NCBI GenBank assembly: GCA_048549915.1
Contig: JBLYYE010000010.1
Location: forward strand, 68,543 to 132,542
Length of the DNA stretch: 64,000 nt
Direction: 5' to 3'
Source of the DNA: Porticoccaceae bacterium
Lineage (GTDB): Bacteria; Pseudomonadota; Gammaproteobacteria; Pseudomonadales; Porticoccaceae
Under the pieces are notes generated by a model, which searched no databases, had not been told where the DNA came from, and was given only the letters and a program-made list of their open reading frames with translations. Positions 9,929 through 19,987 of this stretch are shown one piece after another; the first letter of the stretch is position 1, and every line of letters begins with the position of its first letter. The position numbers and the translations under genes were made by a program.

Positions 9929-11065
9929 GTGTCAGGCCAAACCGCACCCACGTTATTGCTTTGGGCACTGCTGCTGGTCAGTTTTGGCGTCGCCATGCAG
10001 AGCTATGCCCAATCAAATCAAAGCCAGCAACTGGAGGCTTTGAGTGTTGAAATCGCCGCTCTGGAAGAACGCCTCACTGCGCAGAGCAGTGATTTAAGCG
10101 CACTGCAGCAGCAACTCAAAGCACTGGCGCGCGAACAGAATCTGTTGGCTCAAAATCGCCGCAGTCTAGCTGTCGACATCCGCGACAATAACAACCAACT
10201 GAAAAAACTCAACCAGACTGAGCTCGAGCTCAATCGACGTGTTGCACAGCAACGCCAAGAGGCGGCCGTGGTTATTGCTGCACACTACAAACTCGGTCGG
10301 CAACCACAGCTCAAACTGCTGTTAAACCATCAGCAACACACGACTGTTAAACGTCATCTGGCCTACTACCGCTATTTAGTCACTGCACGCTATACCCTAC
10401 TGCAAGCGCTCAATCGCGATCTCATACAACTGACCTCAGTACACAGCCAACTGCGTCAGAAACTCCAACAACTCCAAGCCTCTCAGCGCGAACATCAAAA
10501 AATTGAGACCCAACTCAAGCAATCTGTCGCCAAACAACAACAGCGCAGCCGCCAACTGAGCCAACAGATAAATTCACAGCGCGGCCAACTCAGTGCACTC
10601 CAAGAGCAGCGCCAACAGTTAGAAGCGATCATAAAAGAGGCGGCCAAACGCCGAGCTCCCCGCCTGCCAAGTAAGCCCTTGGCCGAGCTCAAAGGCTCTC
10701 TACCCAAGCCTGCTCCAGGACGCCTTCTGCACCGTTTTGGTGAGCGGCGCGATGATCAACTGCGCTGGCAGGGTTGGTTAATTGATGCGCGCCGCGGCGA
10801 TCCCATCAAAACGATCCATGCTGGCCGTGTTGTCTATGCTGATTATTTGCGCGGCTATGGCCTGCTTGTTATTGTTGAGCACGATGAGCGGACTCTTAGC
10901 CTGTACGCTCACAACAGTGAGCTCAGCGTAGAGCAAGGCGATCAAATCCCCGCAAAGTCGGTGATCGCGTACGCCGGCGACAGCGGTGAAGCGATTGGCA
11001 ATGCGCTCTACTTTGAACTGCGTCACAATGGCTTACCGGTTGATCCAGCAGAGTGGTTGCGATGA
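9929..11065 (+). CDS. envC: Murein hydrolase activator EnvC-like protein (coiled coil + LytM/M23 domain)
   Basis: GTG start at 9929. It has a signal peptide (…VAMQSYAQ), a long Q/L-rich coiled coil and a C-terminal M23-like domain (YAGDSGEAIGNALYFELRHNGLPVDP). The position between gpmI and ctpA matches pseudomonads. Confidence 0.8.
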   Translation: MSGQTAPTLLLWALLLVSFGVAMQSYAQSNQSQQLEALSVEIAALEERLTAQSSDLSALQQQLKALAREQNLLAQNRRSLAVDIRDNNNQLKKLNQTELELNRRVAQQRQEAAVVIAAHYKLGRQPQLKLLLNHQQHTTVKRHLAYYRYLVTARYTLLQALNRDLIQLTSVHSQLRQKLQQLQASQREHQKIETQLKQSVAKQQQRSRQLSQQINSQRGQLSALQEQRQQLEAIIKEAAKRRAPRLPSKPLAELKGSLPKPAPGRLLHRFGERRDDQLRWQGWLIDARRGDPIKTIHAGRVVYADYLRGYGLLVIVEHDERTLSLYAHNSELSVEQGDQIPAKSVIAYAGDSGEAIGNALYFELRHNGLPVDPAEWLR

Positions 11066-11316
11066 AAACCCATCTCACAGAAAGTGAACTGAGCCGCGTC
11101 ATCGAAATGGCGTGGGAAGACCGCACCCCCTTTGAGGCGATCGAGGCGAGCTTTGGCCTCAGCGAGGCTGAGGTGATTAAATTAATGCGCTCAAATATGA
11201 AATTGCGTTCATTTAAACTCTGGCGCGCCAGAGTCAGCGCGCGCAAGACCAAACACAGAGCTCTGCGCGGCTATACCGTGGGCACGTTCTGCTGCCCAAC
11301 GCAAAAAATGCGCTAA
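11062..11316 (+). CDS. Small conserved protein, TIGR03643/DUF2805-like
   Basis: ORF 11053..11316. The ATG at 11062 overlaps the envC stop (ATGA). The sequence MKTHLTESELSRVIEMAWEDRTPFEAIEASFGLSEAEVIKLMR... resembles the DUF2805 family as I recall it. Confidence 0.55.
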   Translation: MKTHLTESELSRVIEMAWEDRTPFEAIEASFGLSEAEVIKLMRSNMKLRSFKLWRARVSARKTKHRALRGYTVGTFCCPTQKMR

Positions 11317-11443
11317 TTCCCCACATTGGTCGCGTTCTAAGCTGTTCCGCCACCAGCCATGGGCCTATGCTGTTCTCAGTGGTTGTGTTTTGACCCCTAC
11401 ACCTGCACAACCGTTATCGCTCTACGCGTCGAGGTGCAGCGTT

Positions 11444-12700
11444 ATGAAAATAAAGTTACTTCTCAGTTTTTTCACCGTTAACCTAATCGCAGTGGTGAGC
11501 CACTCCACACTCGCACAGACTGCCACTATGCCGCCCACAACTCTCCCCCTCAGTGAGCTGCGGCTGTTCACACAGGTCTTTGACCAAGTGCGGCGCGGCT
11601 ACGTCGATGAGGTGAGCGATAGTGAGCTCCTTATCAGCAGCATCGAGGGTATGCTCTATAAACTCGACCCCTACTCGCGCTATCTAGACCGCGACGAATA
11701 CCGACAATTGCAGCAATTAACCAGCGGTAAATACGCGGGTATAGGTATAGAAGTAGCCGCCGAGGATGGCCTAATAAGAGTGATTTCACCGCTCGACCAG
11801 AGCCCGGCTCTGCGCGCTGGTATCCGCAGCGGCGATCTCATTATCGACATCGACGGTTCGTCACTGCGCGAACTCTCCCCCAGCAAAGCAGCAGAAAAGT
11901 TGCGCGGCCAGAGCGGCACCGCTCTACAACTGACGCTGATGCGCAGCACCCTCGACAAACCATTCAATGTGACGCTCGCCCGCGAGATGATTAATATCGA
12001 CTCTGTTCGCTACCGCCAGCTAGATTACGGTATTGGCTATATTCGCATTGCTCAGTTTCAAGACCAGACCGCGCAAGCGTTTGAACGCTCTCTCGATGAA
12101 CTAAAAAAAGAGCCGTTCACGGGCCTTGTACTCGATCTTCGCAATAATCCCGGCGGTCTGGTTAGCAGCGCCGTCGATGTCGCATCGGCACTGCTCGATG
12201 GCGATACCGTGGTTTATACCGAGGGTCGTATCAACAGCGCCAACCAACTACTCAGCGCCGATCTGGGCGACAGCCTCAACGGTTTGCCGATCGTTATCCT
12301 CATTAATGAAGGCAGCGCCTCGGCTGCGGAAATTGTCGCCGGAGCTATTCAAGACAACCGCCGTGGCGTAGTGCTTGGCACGCGCAGTTTTGGCAAGGGT
12401 TCTGTACAGACTATTATTCCCATTGAGGGTGGCCGCGCACTCAAATTAACCACTGCGCGCTACTTCACCCCCTCTGGGCGCTCTATTCAAGCCGAAGGTA
12501 TAGATCCGGATATTGTCGTTGTGCGCGGACAATTTAAACCCGCAGAAGCCAACTTGGCAGTGCGCGAGGAGAACCTAGGCGGACACCTGGAGAATATAGA
12601 AAATAGCCGTCAATCTGAACAGCATGCCGTTAGAGAAGAGGACAACCAACTCGCCGAGGCAATGAACGTACTGCGCGCCGTCTCTCTACTGCGCGATTAA
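11444..12700 (+). CDS. ctpA: Carboxy-terminal processing protease (S41 family, PDZ domain)
   Basis: ORF 11390..12700, with the likely start at ATG 11444 (MKIKLLLSFF, a signal peptide). S41 motifs LINEGSASAAEI and FGKGSVQ are present. Confidence 0.85.
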   Translation: MKIKLLLSFFTVNLIAVVSHSTLAQTATMPPTTLPLSELRLFTQVFDQVRRGYVDEVSDSELLISSIEGMLYKLDPYSRYLDRDEYRQLQQLTSGKYAGIGIEVAAEDGLIRVISPLDQSPALRAGIRSGDLIIDIDGSSLRELSPSKAAEKLRGQSGTALQLTLMRSTLDKPFNVTLAREMINIDSVRYRQLDYGIGYIRIAQFQDQTAQAFERSLDELKKEPFTGLVLDLRNNPGGLVSSAVDVASALLDGDTVVYTEGRINSANQLLSADLGDSLNGLPIVILINEGSASAAEIVAGAIQDNRRGVVLGTRSFGKGSVQTIIPIEGGRALKLTTARYFTPSGRSIQAEGIDPDIVVVRGQFKPAEANLAVREENLGGHLENIENSRQSEQHAVREEDNQLAEAMNVLRAVSLLRD

Positions 12701-12712
12701 TAGCAGCCTTGC

Positions 12713-13480
12713 TCAGCGAACTTCTATCCCCGCCTCGCGCATAAAAGCTTTTGCCTCTGGCACGGTGTGCTCGCCAAAATGAAAAATACTGGCAGCTAAA
12801 ACGGCATCGGCTTTTCCCAGAGTGACCCCATCGGCAAGATGTTGCAGATTGCCGACGCCACCGGAGGCGATCACTGGCACATCAACGGCGTCACTGATGC
12901 GCCGCGTGAGCTCTAGATCAAAGCCATTTTTGGTGCCGTCGCGATCCATACTGGTCAGCAGTATTTCCCCTGCGCCAAAGTCGGTCATTTTTACTGCCCA
13001 CTCAATTGCATCGATACCGGTCGGCTTGCGTCCACCGTGGGTAAATATCTCCCAACGCGGCTGGTCCCCCTCTGCCACCTGCTTGGCATCGATTGCCACC
13101 ACAATGCACTGGCTGCCAAAGCGCTCAGCGGCAGCGTGGACGAAGTCGGGGTTGTAAACAGCCGCCGAATTGATCGATACCTTGTCAGCACCGGCATTGA
13201 GCAGGTTGCGAATATCTTGTAGTTCGCGCACTCCACCGCCAACCGTGAGCGGAATAAACACCGATGCAGCCATACGTTCCACGGTATGGATCATGGTGTC
13301 ACGATTTTCGTGGCTAGCGGTAATATCTAAAAAGGTGATCTCATCGGCGCCCTGTTGGTTGTAGCGTATAGCCACTTCAACGGGGTCGCCAGCATCTCGA
13401 ATATCGACAAACTGCACCCCTTTAACTACGCGCCCGTTCTCAACATCTAAGCAGGGGATTATACGTTTCGCCAAACCCAT
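12713..13480 (-). CDS. hisF: Imidazole glycerol phosphate synthase, cyclase subunit
   Basis: ORF 12713..13588. The real start is the ATG at 13480 ([13 protein letters not shown]...), giving about 255 aa with a full-length HisF (beta/alpha)8 sequence. The upstream ORF extension overlaps ribA. Confidence 0.9.
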   Translation of the reverse strand: MGLAKRIIPCLDVENGRVVKGVQFVDIRDAGDPVEVAIRYNQQGADEITFLDITASHENRDTMIHTVERMAASVFIPLTVGGGVRELQDIRNLLNAGADKVSINSAAVYNPDFVHAAAERFGSQCIVVAIDAKQVAEGDQPRWEIFTHGGRKPTGIDAIEWAVKMTDFGAGEILLTSMDRDGTKNGFDLELTRRISDAVDVPVIASGGVGNLQHLADGVTLGKADAVLAASIFHFGEHTVPEAKAFMREAGIEVR

Positions 13481-13484
13481 CAGA

Positions 13485-14087
13485 TCAGTCCAGTAGGTGG
13501 CCGAGCTTGCCGGCCTTAGTTGAGAGGTATTTAGCGTTGTGCGGGTTACTCTGGGTCTGCAGTGGGCGCCGCTCCACAACTTTGGCACCGAGCGCTTCTA
13601 GCGCTGCCACCTTGCGTGGATTATTGGTCATCAAGATAATATTGTTGGCACCGAGATGTTCAAGCATGGGCTGACACAGTGCGTAATCGCGCTGGTCGGC
13701 ACCAAAACCCAACTGTTCATTGGCCTCTACCGTATCGGCACCAGCATCTTGCAAATGGTAGGCCTTGATCTTGTTTAACAAACCAATACCACGCCCCTCC
13801 TGACGCAAGTAGAGGATCGCGCCGCGGCCGCGCTCGGCAATTGTCGCCATCGCCGCCTGCAGCTGGGCACCACAATCACAACGCAAGCTACCCAGTGCAT
13901 CGCCTGTCAGACACTCGGAGTGAAGACGCAACAGCAGCGGCTCATCTCCCGCGCACTCACCCATACTAATAATGATGTGTTCTTTGTCATTAGCAGCATC
14001 TTCAAAGCCGTGGATATCAAATGTGCCCCAGCGGGTGGGGAGCTTAGATTTTTCTATAAAACGCAACACCAAGATAGTGTCTCCCAA
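13485..14087 (-). CDS. ribA: GTP cyclohydrolase II
   Basis: 200 aa. It carries [21 protein letters not shown] (the Zn-binding cysteines), [10 protein letters not shown] and TNNPRK. The start is uncertain: TTG at 14087 or GTG at 14069. Confidence 0.9.
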   Translation of the reverse strand: MGDTILVLRFIEKSKLPTRWGTFDIHGFEDAANDKEHIIISMGECAGDEPLLLRLHSECLTGDALGSLRCDCGAQLQAAMATIAERGRGAILYLRQEGRGIGLLNKIKAYHLQDAGADTVEANEQLGFGADQRDYALCQPMLEHLGANNIILMTNNPRKVAALEALGAKVVERRPLQTQSNPHNAKYLSTKAGKLGHLLD

Positions 14088-14151
14088 TTTAAGCCGGCCA
14101 CCATTGTAGCTCTCAATAGCGACTCGTAAAGCAAGATAAAAACCGCCACAA

Positions 14152-14664
14152 TCATCCGGAGGTTTGTTTGTATAGATCCAACCCGATTAGTAACCCTTGG
14201 CCTACTAAAGCGGCAAACAGGCCGGCAATGATATCGTCGAGCATAATGCCAAAACCGCCATCGATACGTTTGTCACACCAACTGATGGGCCACGGTTTGG
14301 CGATATCAAACACCCTGAACAGAACAAATCCCAACAGCGCCGCCGGCAGTGTCGCAGGCAATAGCGCCAACACTAACCACAGGCCTATAAATTCATCCCA
14401 GACAATACCGCCGTGATCGTGAACACCCAGTTGCTTAGCCGCCACACCACAGATAGCAATGCCCGCAACACTGCCCAACGCTAACAACAACCACATCTGT
14501 GTGGTTGGCAACATTAACAGCAGGGGCCACAGTAGCAGCGCAGCCAGTGAACCGACTGTACCAGGAGCGCGCGGCGCCAAGCCACTGCCAAAACCGAAGG
14601 CGAGCAGCAATAGCGGTGAGCGCAGTAGCTGCGCGGGGCTGGGATTAACCGGCGAAATGGTCAT
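14152..14664 (-). CDS. pgpA: Phosphatidylglycerophosphatase A
   Basis: ORF 14152..14979. The real start is the ATG at 14664 ([39 protein letters not shown]...), a typical PgpA N-terminus. It overlaps the thiL end by 20 nt. Confidence 0.85.
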   Translation of the reverse strand: MTISPVNPSPAQLLRSPLLLLAFGFGSGLAPRAPGTVGSLAALLLWPLLLMLPTTQMWLLLALGSVAGIAICGVAAKQLGVHDHGGIVWDEFIGLWLVLALLPATLPAALLGFVLFRVFDIAKPWPISWCDKRIDGGFGIMLDDIIAGLFAALVGQGLLIGLDLYKQTSG

Positions 14665-15619
14665 AGCCGCCTCGCAACTCTGAAAGCAGGGTCTCTTGAC
14701 GATCGCCGTTGAGATCGGTGACACAGAGTGAAGGCTCTGAGCTAAGCGCAACGATTTCCCCGACATCGGTGCACTCAATCGGCACGGCATTGTGCAGCGC
14801 TGCCGGCACGGTAAAACAGAGGCGGTAGTCATCGCCGCCGCGCAATGCCCACTCGAGGCTCTGTGCGTTGCGCAGCATGCCATCGGCAAGCGGTATTTGG
14901 CGGCTATCAATTGACGCGTTGACACCGCTTGCGCGGCAGAGATGACCCAGATCAGCGAGCAAGCCGTCAGAGAGATCAATAGCGCTATTAGCTACAGCGG
15001 CCAGCGCCGAACCCAACTCTATAGCGGGCTGTGGCGCGTTGTAACGGGCTAAAAGATACTCTTGCAGGGACTCGTCTGCACTCCAACGGTTTTCAATCAG
15101 CGCCAGTGCCGCAGCGCCATCTCCGAGCGAGCCACTGACAAAAATACGATCTCCCGGCTGTGCGTTGTGACGACACAGCGCAGAGCCCGCAGTCACCTCA
15201 CCCATGACCGTGAGAGTCAGCGTTAAAGGGCCGCGGCTGGTATCACCGCCAACCAAAGCAACATTGTGCGCTGATAGCGCCTGTTTAAGACCGCGACTAA
15301 ACGGTCGCAGCCAGTCGTCATTAGCCAACTCGGCGGGCAGCGTCAGCGCCAGTGTCACCCAGCGCGGAGTTGCACCCATAGCGGCCAGATCACTGAGATT
15401 GACACCGACCGTGCGTGTCGCAATAGCGAACGGATCGTAATTGTGAGGAAAATGTATTCCCTCGACCAGCGTATCGGTAGCGGCCACTAACTGCTGCCCC
15501 GGAGTGATATCTAACAGTGCAGCGTCATCGCCAATACCCAACTCCACGCCCAACTCAGAATCACTGCGCGGAGCCCAGCTGGAGAAGTAGTCGGCGATTA
15601 AGGCAAATTCACTGCTCAT
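14645..15619 (-). CDS. thiL: Thiamine-monophosphate kinase
   Basis: 324 aa. It starts MSSEFALIADYF..GIGDDAALL with an AIR-synthase-like fold. The position between nusB and pgpA is canonical. Confidence 0.9.
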   Translation of the reverse strand: MSSEFALIADYFSSWAPRSDSELGVELGIGDDAALLDITPGQQLVAATDTLVEGIHFPHNYDPFAIATRTVGVNLSDLAAMGATPRWVTLALTLPAELANDDWLRPFSRGLKQALSAHNVALVGGDTSRGPLTLTLTVMGEVTAGSALCRHNAQPGDRIFVSGSLGDGAAALALIENRWSADESLQEYLLARYNAPQPAIELGSALAAVANSAIDLSDGLLADLGHLCRASGVNASIDSRQIPLADGMLRNAQSLEWALRGGDDYRLCFTVPAALHNAVPIECTDVGEIVALSSEPSLCVTDLNGDRQETLLSELRGGYDHFAG

Positions 15620-15624
15620 ACCAA

Positions 15625-16062
15625 TTATCTTTTGTTAGCTTCAAATTCTGCACTGCGCAGCTGTGCCGCCACTTTATCTAACACGCCGTTGATATATTTA
15701 TAGGCGTCGGTGGGCCCAAAGGTCTTGGCTAAGTTCACCCCTTCATTAATAACCACCTTGTAGGGCACGTCGAGACGCTCGGCAAACTCGTAGCTGGCCA
15801 AACGCAGTACCGCCCGAGAAATAGGATCTAACTCTGCAACGGTGCGGTCGAGATGCTCAGAGTAATGCGCATCTATCTGGCTCAGCTGTTTAGGTATTGC
15901 GTAAAGAACTTCGTGGAAAAGTTCCACATCGGCCTTGCTCATGTTGTTGTCGACATGAAACTCCGCCTCGATAGTAGCCAGATCACAGCCACCCAGGTCC
16001 CATGAGTAGAGAGCCTGAACTAAAAGTCTACGGGTTTTTTGACGCTGTTTAGGAGTTGCCAT
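15625..16062 (-). CDS. nusB: Transcription antitermination factor NusB
   Basis: 145 aa, with RRLLVQALYSWDL... and the NusB family pattern. It sits downstream of ribH as in most gammaproteobacteria. Confidence 0.9.
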   Translation of the reverse strand: MATPKQRQKTRRLLVQALYSWDLGGCDLATIEAEFHVDNNMSKADVELFHEVLYAIPKQLSQIDAHYSEHLDRTVAELDPISRAVLRLASYEFAERLDVPYKVVINEGVNLAKTFGPTDAYKYINGVLDKVAAQLRSAEFEANKR

Positions 16063-16063
16063 A

Positions 16064-16540
16064 TCAGCCTTTAATCGCTTTGAGTGCTGTTATCATTTCG
16101 AGTACCGTCAGCGCGGCCTCGCGCCCTTTGTTCTCTTCGTTATCGCTGCTGCGCAGCTCCGCCTGCAGGAGATCGTCGGTGGTCAGCAGCCCAAAGCCAA
16201 CTGGCAAATGGCTGTGCAAGCTCACCTCGCCTATTCCGCGAGTCGTTTCCGCACAAACATAATCAAAATGTGGCGTGTCTCCGCGAATAACACAGCCCAG
16301 TGCGATTACCGCATCGAAGCGGCCGCTTTGGGCTGCCTGCTGGACGGCGAGTGGCAGCTCAAACGCACCGGGCACACGAAAGCTCTCGATTGCCTCACTG
16401 GCTACGCCATTCTCAGACAGCGTCTGCTGTGCAGCTGATAAAAGCGGGTCGGTAATATTGCCATTCCAGCGCGCTGCAATAACCGCAAAGCGGGCGCTAC
16501 CCACTTCAAATTGGGTGGTATCGGGGCGGTACTCGCTCAT
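16064..16540 (-). CDS. ribH: 6,7-dimethyl-8-ribityllumazine synthase
   Basis: 158 aa, with FAVIAARWNGNIT, VPGAFELP and ALGCVIRGDTPHFDYV. Confidence 0.9.
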   Translation of the reverse strand: MSEYRPDTTQFEVGSARFAVIAARWNGNITDPLLSAAQQTLSENGVASEAIESFRVPGAFELPLAVQQAAQSGRFDAVIALGCVIRGDTPHFDYVCAETTRGIGEVSLHSHLPVGFGLLTTDDLLQAELRSSDNEENKGREAALTVLEMITALKAIKG

Positions 16541-16571
16541 CGGCGAACTCCTCTGTTAATCGATTTCTGGT

Positions 16572-17684
16572 TTATTCGGGATCGACGTGTTCAACCACTT
16601 CCAAGTCAAATCCTGAAATACCGGTAAATTTAAATGGCGCGCTCATCAGACGCATTTTGCGCACACCCAGATCAAGTAAAATTTGTGAGCCAGCGCCTAC
16701 CTGCTGAAAGACCTTTTCAGTCGCTAACGGGGCTGCCGTACGGCCATTGGGCGCTGCGATCATCTCGATAGTGCGCTCAACATCGTCGGCGCTCTCTGGG
16801 TAGTAGAGCACCACTACGACGCCGCGGCCTTCAGCAGCAACACGCGCCAAAGCCTTTTGAATCGTCCAACTGGCATACTCTGCCGCTTCCAGACCGAGAA
16901 TATCGCGACTAGTGCGGCTGATGTGTACGCGCGTCAATACTGGCTGACCGTCGTCGATATCGCCAATACTCATAGCAAAGTGTTTCTCATTGCGCGCCAA
17001 GTCGTTGTAGGTGCGCAGAGTAAATTCGCCGTATGCAGTGTTGACCTGTCTTTTAGCAACACACTCGGTGGTTTTTTCGGTCACCAAGCGGTGGTGAATA
17101 AGATCGGCGATGGTGCCAATTTTCAGATCGTGCTTAGCAGCAAACAGCAACAGGTCGTCGCGCCGCGCCATAGTGCCGTCTTCGTTCATAATCTCAACGA
17201 TTACCGCAGCCGGCTCAAAACCCGCCAAGCGCGCCAGATCACACCCAGCTTCAGTGTGGCCCGCGCGGCTCAAGACACCACCGGGCTGAGCTTTAAGCGG
17301 AAAGATATGCCCGGGCTGAACAATATCTTGTGGCCGCGCAGTGGCGGCGACAGCGGCTTGAACTGTGCGGGCGCGATCAGCAGCGGAAATCCCAGTAGTG
17401 ACGCCGGTCGCCGCTTCAATAGAAAGTGTAAACGGAGTGCCGTGGCTTGAGCCATTGGCATTGACCATCATCGGCAAGGCCAGCTGTTCGCAGCGCTGCT
17501 CGCTGAGCGTGAGGCAGACCAAACCGCGCGCGTGGGTCGCCATGAAGTTAATATCCTCTGGCCGCACCATAGTGGCAGCCATGACTAAATCGCCCTCGTT
17601 CTCTCGGTCCTCATCGTCCATCAAAATCACCATCTTGCCGTGGCGGATGTCGTCGATGATCTCTTCTACACTATTTAACTTCAT
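16572..17684 (-). CDS. ribBA: 3,4-dihydroxy-2-butanone-4-phosphate synthase fused to a GTP-cyclohydrolase-II-like C-terminal domain that lacks the Zn-binding cysteines
   Basis: 370 aa. The N-terminal half is DHBP synthase (DDEDRENEGDLV, GHTEA). The C-terminal half aligns to RibA but reads VHISRTSRDILGLEAAEYASW where RibA has HSECLTGD...RCDCG. Confidence 0.9.
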   Translation of the reverse strand: MKLNSVEEIIDDIRHGKMVILMDDEDRENEGDLVMAATMVRPEDINFMATHARGLVCLTLSEQRCEQLALPMMVNANGSSHGTPFTLSIEAATGVTTGISAADRARTVQAAVAATARPQDIVQPGHIFPLKAQPGGVLSRAGHTEAGCDLARLAGFEPAAVIVEIMNEDGTMARRDDLLLFAAKHDLKIGTIADLIHHRLVTEKTTECVAKRQVNTAYGEFTLRTYNDLARNEKHFAMSIGDIDDGQPVLTRVHISRTSRDILGLEAAEYASWTIQKALARVAAEGRGVVVVLYYPESADDVERTIEMIAAPNGRTAAPLATEKVFQQVGAGSQILLDLGVRKMRLMSAPFKFTGISGFDLEVVEHVDPE

Positions 17685-17739
17685 GAACTCATTTCTCGGT
17701 TATCACTCAAAAAATTTCTGCAACCTGCACAGGCTTTGC

Positions 17740-18336
17740 TCAATCGCGCTCGGCAAGCAAGCGTTCGAGGTAACGCGCGACTAAATCAACCTCTAAGTTG
17801 ACTGCGCTGCCTACCTGGTAGGTGCCAATAATGGTGTTGTCTATGGTGTGTGGGATAATACATATCTCAAACTCTGCATCCTCAACTACATTGACTGTGA
17901 GGCTAGTACCATCGATGGTGATAGACCCTTTTGGGGCAATATAACGTGCCAACTCAGCTGGCGCGCGCAGGCGGAAACGCTCGCTGCGGGCATCGCTGTG
18001 GCGCGACACCACCTCACCGAGCCCGTCGACATGACCAGAGACCATATGACCACCAAAACGATCGCCCGCTTGCATTGCTTTTTCTAGATTGATCGAAGAG
18101 CCAACCTGCCAGCCACCAATCGTGGTGAGGTCGAGTGATTCAACCGATACATCGACAGCAAACTGCTGGCCGTTGAGCTCCACAGCAGTCAAACAGCAAC
18201 CGTTACAGGCGATACTGTCGCCCAATTTGACATCGTCCATCGACAGCTCGCCGGCGTCGATAGTGAGCCGCAAGTCGCCACCGCGCGGCTCTAACTGTGC
18301 GATGGTTCCCACTGCGGCAATAATTCCAGTAAACAT
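17740..18336 (-). CDS. ribE: Riboflavin synthase (alpha chain)
   Basis: 198 aa. It starts MFTGII..VG and has two lumazine-binding repeats (…GDSIACNGCCLT…, …GSITIDGTSLTV…). Confidence 0.9.
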   Translation of the reverse strand: MFTGIIAAVGTIAQLEPRGGDLRLTIDAGELSMDDVKLGDSIACNGCCLTAVELNGQQFAVDVSVESLDLTTIGGWQVGSSINLEKAMQAGDRFGGHMVSGHVDGLGEVVSRHSDARSERFRLRAPAELARYIAPKGSITIDGTSLTVNVVEDAEFEICIIPHTIDNTIIGTYQVGSAVNLEVDLVARYLERLLAERD

Positions 18337-18360
18337 TTTATTCTCCTATTGGCTGCGGGT

Positions 18361-19518
18361 TTAGTAGTCTTTATCTGGGCTAAAGGTGAGACGCAGATCT
18401 TCGCCAATCTGGCGGCAGTCACTCATACTCAAAGCTAAGTGGGCATCAATAGTGACAATCGGTAGATCAAACATCGGCCGAGCATCTGAACCGAACAATT
18501 TGGGTGCAACGTAACAGACCAGCTCATCAATTAAACCGGCACCGACAAAGGCGCCAGCAAGGCCAGCACCCGCTTCTACTAACAACTCGTTACAGCCGCG
18601 CTGCGTCAGTGCTGCAACCAGTGCAGCAAGATTGACTCGGCCACCGTCGGCGGCCAGCGTTAAAATCTCGAGATCACTTTTGGCCGCCCTTAACTGCAAT
18701 GCCTGGGGCTCGTCTGCCGAGCGCAATGTCGCCACTAATATCGGTCCGGGCTGTTTTAACAGCGCAGCATCGGCACAGAGCCGCAGCTGGCTGTCGACTA
18801 CCACGCGCAGCGGTTGACGAATAGCGCCGTCTTCAGCCGCAACATCACGCACGGTCATAGAGGGGTCGTCGTAGCTCACTGTGCCGATTCCGGTCACTAC
18901 CGCGCAGCTGCGCGCACGCAGTTGCTGCACATCCGCGCGAGCTGCGGGCGAGGTAATCCACTGGCTCTGGCCACTGGCCATCGCCGTGCGGCCGTCCAAG
19001 CTCATCGCTGTTTTTACACTGATCCACGGCTCGGACTGCTCATGGCGCTTAAAAAAGCCGCGGTTGAGCTGTCGCGCCTGCGCCTCTAATAGTGGCCCGC
19101 AAACGGTTATCCCAGCAGCCTGCAGTCGCTCAAGGCCCTCACCGGCAACCGCTGGGTTTGGATCTTGGCTGGCATAAATTAGCTCAGACACGCCGGCCTC
19201 TATCAGCGCATCGGCACACGGGCCGGTTCTTCCGGTGTGGCTGCACGGCTCAAGCGTGACATAGACCGTTGCCCCGCGCGCACGCGCGCCGGCCATCTCC
19301 AATGCCAAAACTTCAGCGTGAGCCTCACCAGCACGCAGATGCCAACCTTCACCGACCACTTGATCTTGGTTGACGATCACGCAACCCACCATCGGATTGG
19401 GTGCCACACTGACGCGACCGCGCTCTGCCAACTGCAACGCGCGAGCCATAAACTGCTGCTGTTGCGCCGTAAAACTCTGTGCTGGCTGAACGGTGGCGGG
19501 GGATAGCGCATTGTTCAT
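18361..19518 (-). CDS. ribD: Bifunctional diaminohydroxyphosphoribosylaminopyrimidine deaminase / 5-amino-6-(5-phosphoribosylamino)uracil reductase
   Basis: 385 aa. It has the deaminase motifs HAEV and [11 protein letters not shown], followed by a reductase domain. Confidence 0.9.
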   Translation of the reverse strand: MNNALSPATVQPAQSFTAQQQQFMARALQLAERGRVSVAPNPMVGCVIVNQDQVVGEGWHLRAGEAHAEVLALEMAGARARGATVYVTLEPCSHTGRTGPCADALIEAGVSELIYASQDPNPAVAGEGLERLQAAGITVCGPLLEAQARQLNRGFFKRHEQSEPWISVKTAMSLDGRTAMASGQSQWITSPAARADVQQLRARSCAVVTGIGTVSYDDPSMTVRDVAAEDGAIRQPLRVVVDSQLRLCADAALLKQPGPILVATLRSADEPQALQLRAAKSDLEILTLAADGGRVNLAALVAALTQRGCNELLVEAGAGLAGAFVGAGLIDELVCYVAPKLFGSDARPMFDLPIVTIDAHLALSMSDCRQIGEDLRLTFSPDKDY

Positions 19519-19976
19519 GCATCGACCCCTTTGGCGAGACGGTTTAGCTCGTCTTGGAATTCACTAATATCTTGGAAACTGCGATAAACCGAGGCAAAAC
19601 GAACATAGGCGACTTTATCTAACTCACTCAGGCGCTGCATGACTTGTTCACCAACCACCCGAGAGGGCACTTCGCGCTCACCTGCTGCCTGCAAAGCGTG
19701 CTTAATCGCGCTAATCGCACCTTCTATCTGCTCCATGGCCACCGGGCGTTTCTCCAGCGCGCGAAGTAACCCGGAGCGCAATTTAGTTTCATCGAACGGT
19801 TCGCGCGTACCATCGCTTTTGATGATGCGCGGCATCAACAGCTCGGCAATTTCATAGGTAGTGAAGCGCTCGCTGCAGCTGAGACATTCGCGGCGACGGC
19901 GCACTTGGCCACCCTCAGCTACCAGCCGAGAGTCGATCACCTTAGTCTCCAATGCATTACAAAATGGGCAGTACAC
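19515..19976 (-). CDS. nrdR: Transcriptional repressor NrdR
   Basis: 153 aa. It starts [17 protein letters not shown] with a C4 zinc ribbon and an ATP-cone. A 4-nt overlap couples it to ribD. Confidence 0.9.
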   Translation of the reverse strand: MYCPFCNALETKVIDSRLVAEGGQVRRRRECLSCSERFTTYEIAELLMPRIIKSDGTREPFDETKLRSGLLRALEKRPVAMEQIEGAISAIKHALQAAGEREVPSRVVGEQVMQRLSELDKVAYVRFASVYRSFQDISEFQDELNRLAKGVDA

Positions 19977-19987
19977 AGCAACTCCAG

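Noticed and set aside
17685-17739. A search for an FMN (RFN) riboswitch in front of ribBA, ribE or ribD.
   Set aside because: The intergenic gaps in the rib cluster are only about 20-55 nt, too short for the roughly 140-nt RFN element. I did not see the conserved RFN core anywhere in the cluster.
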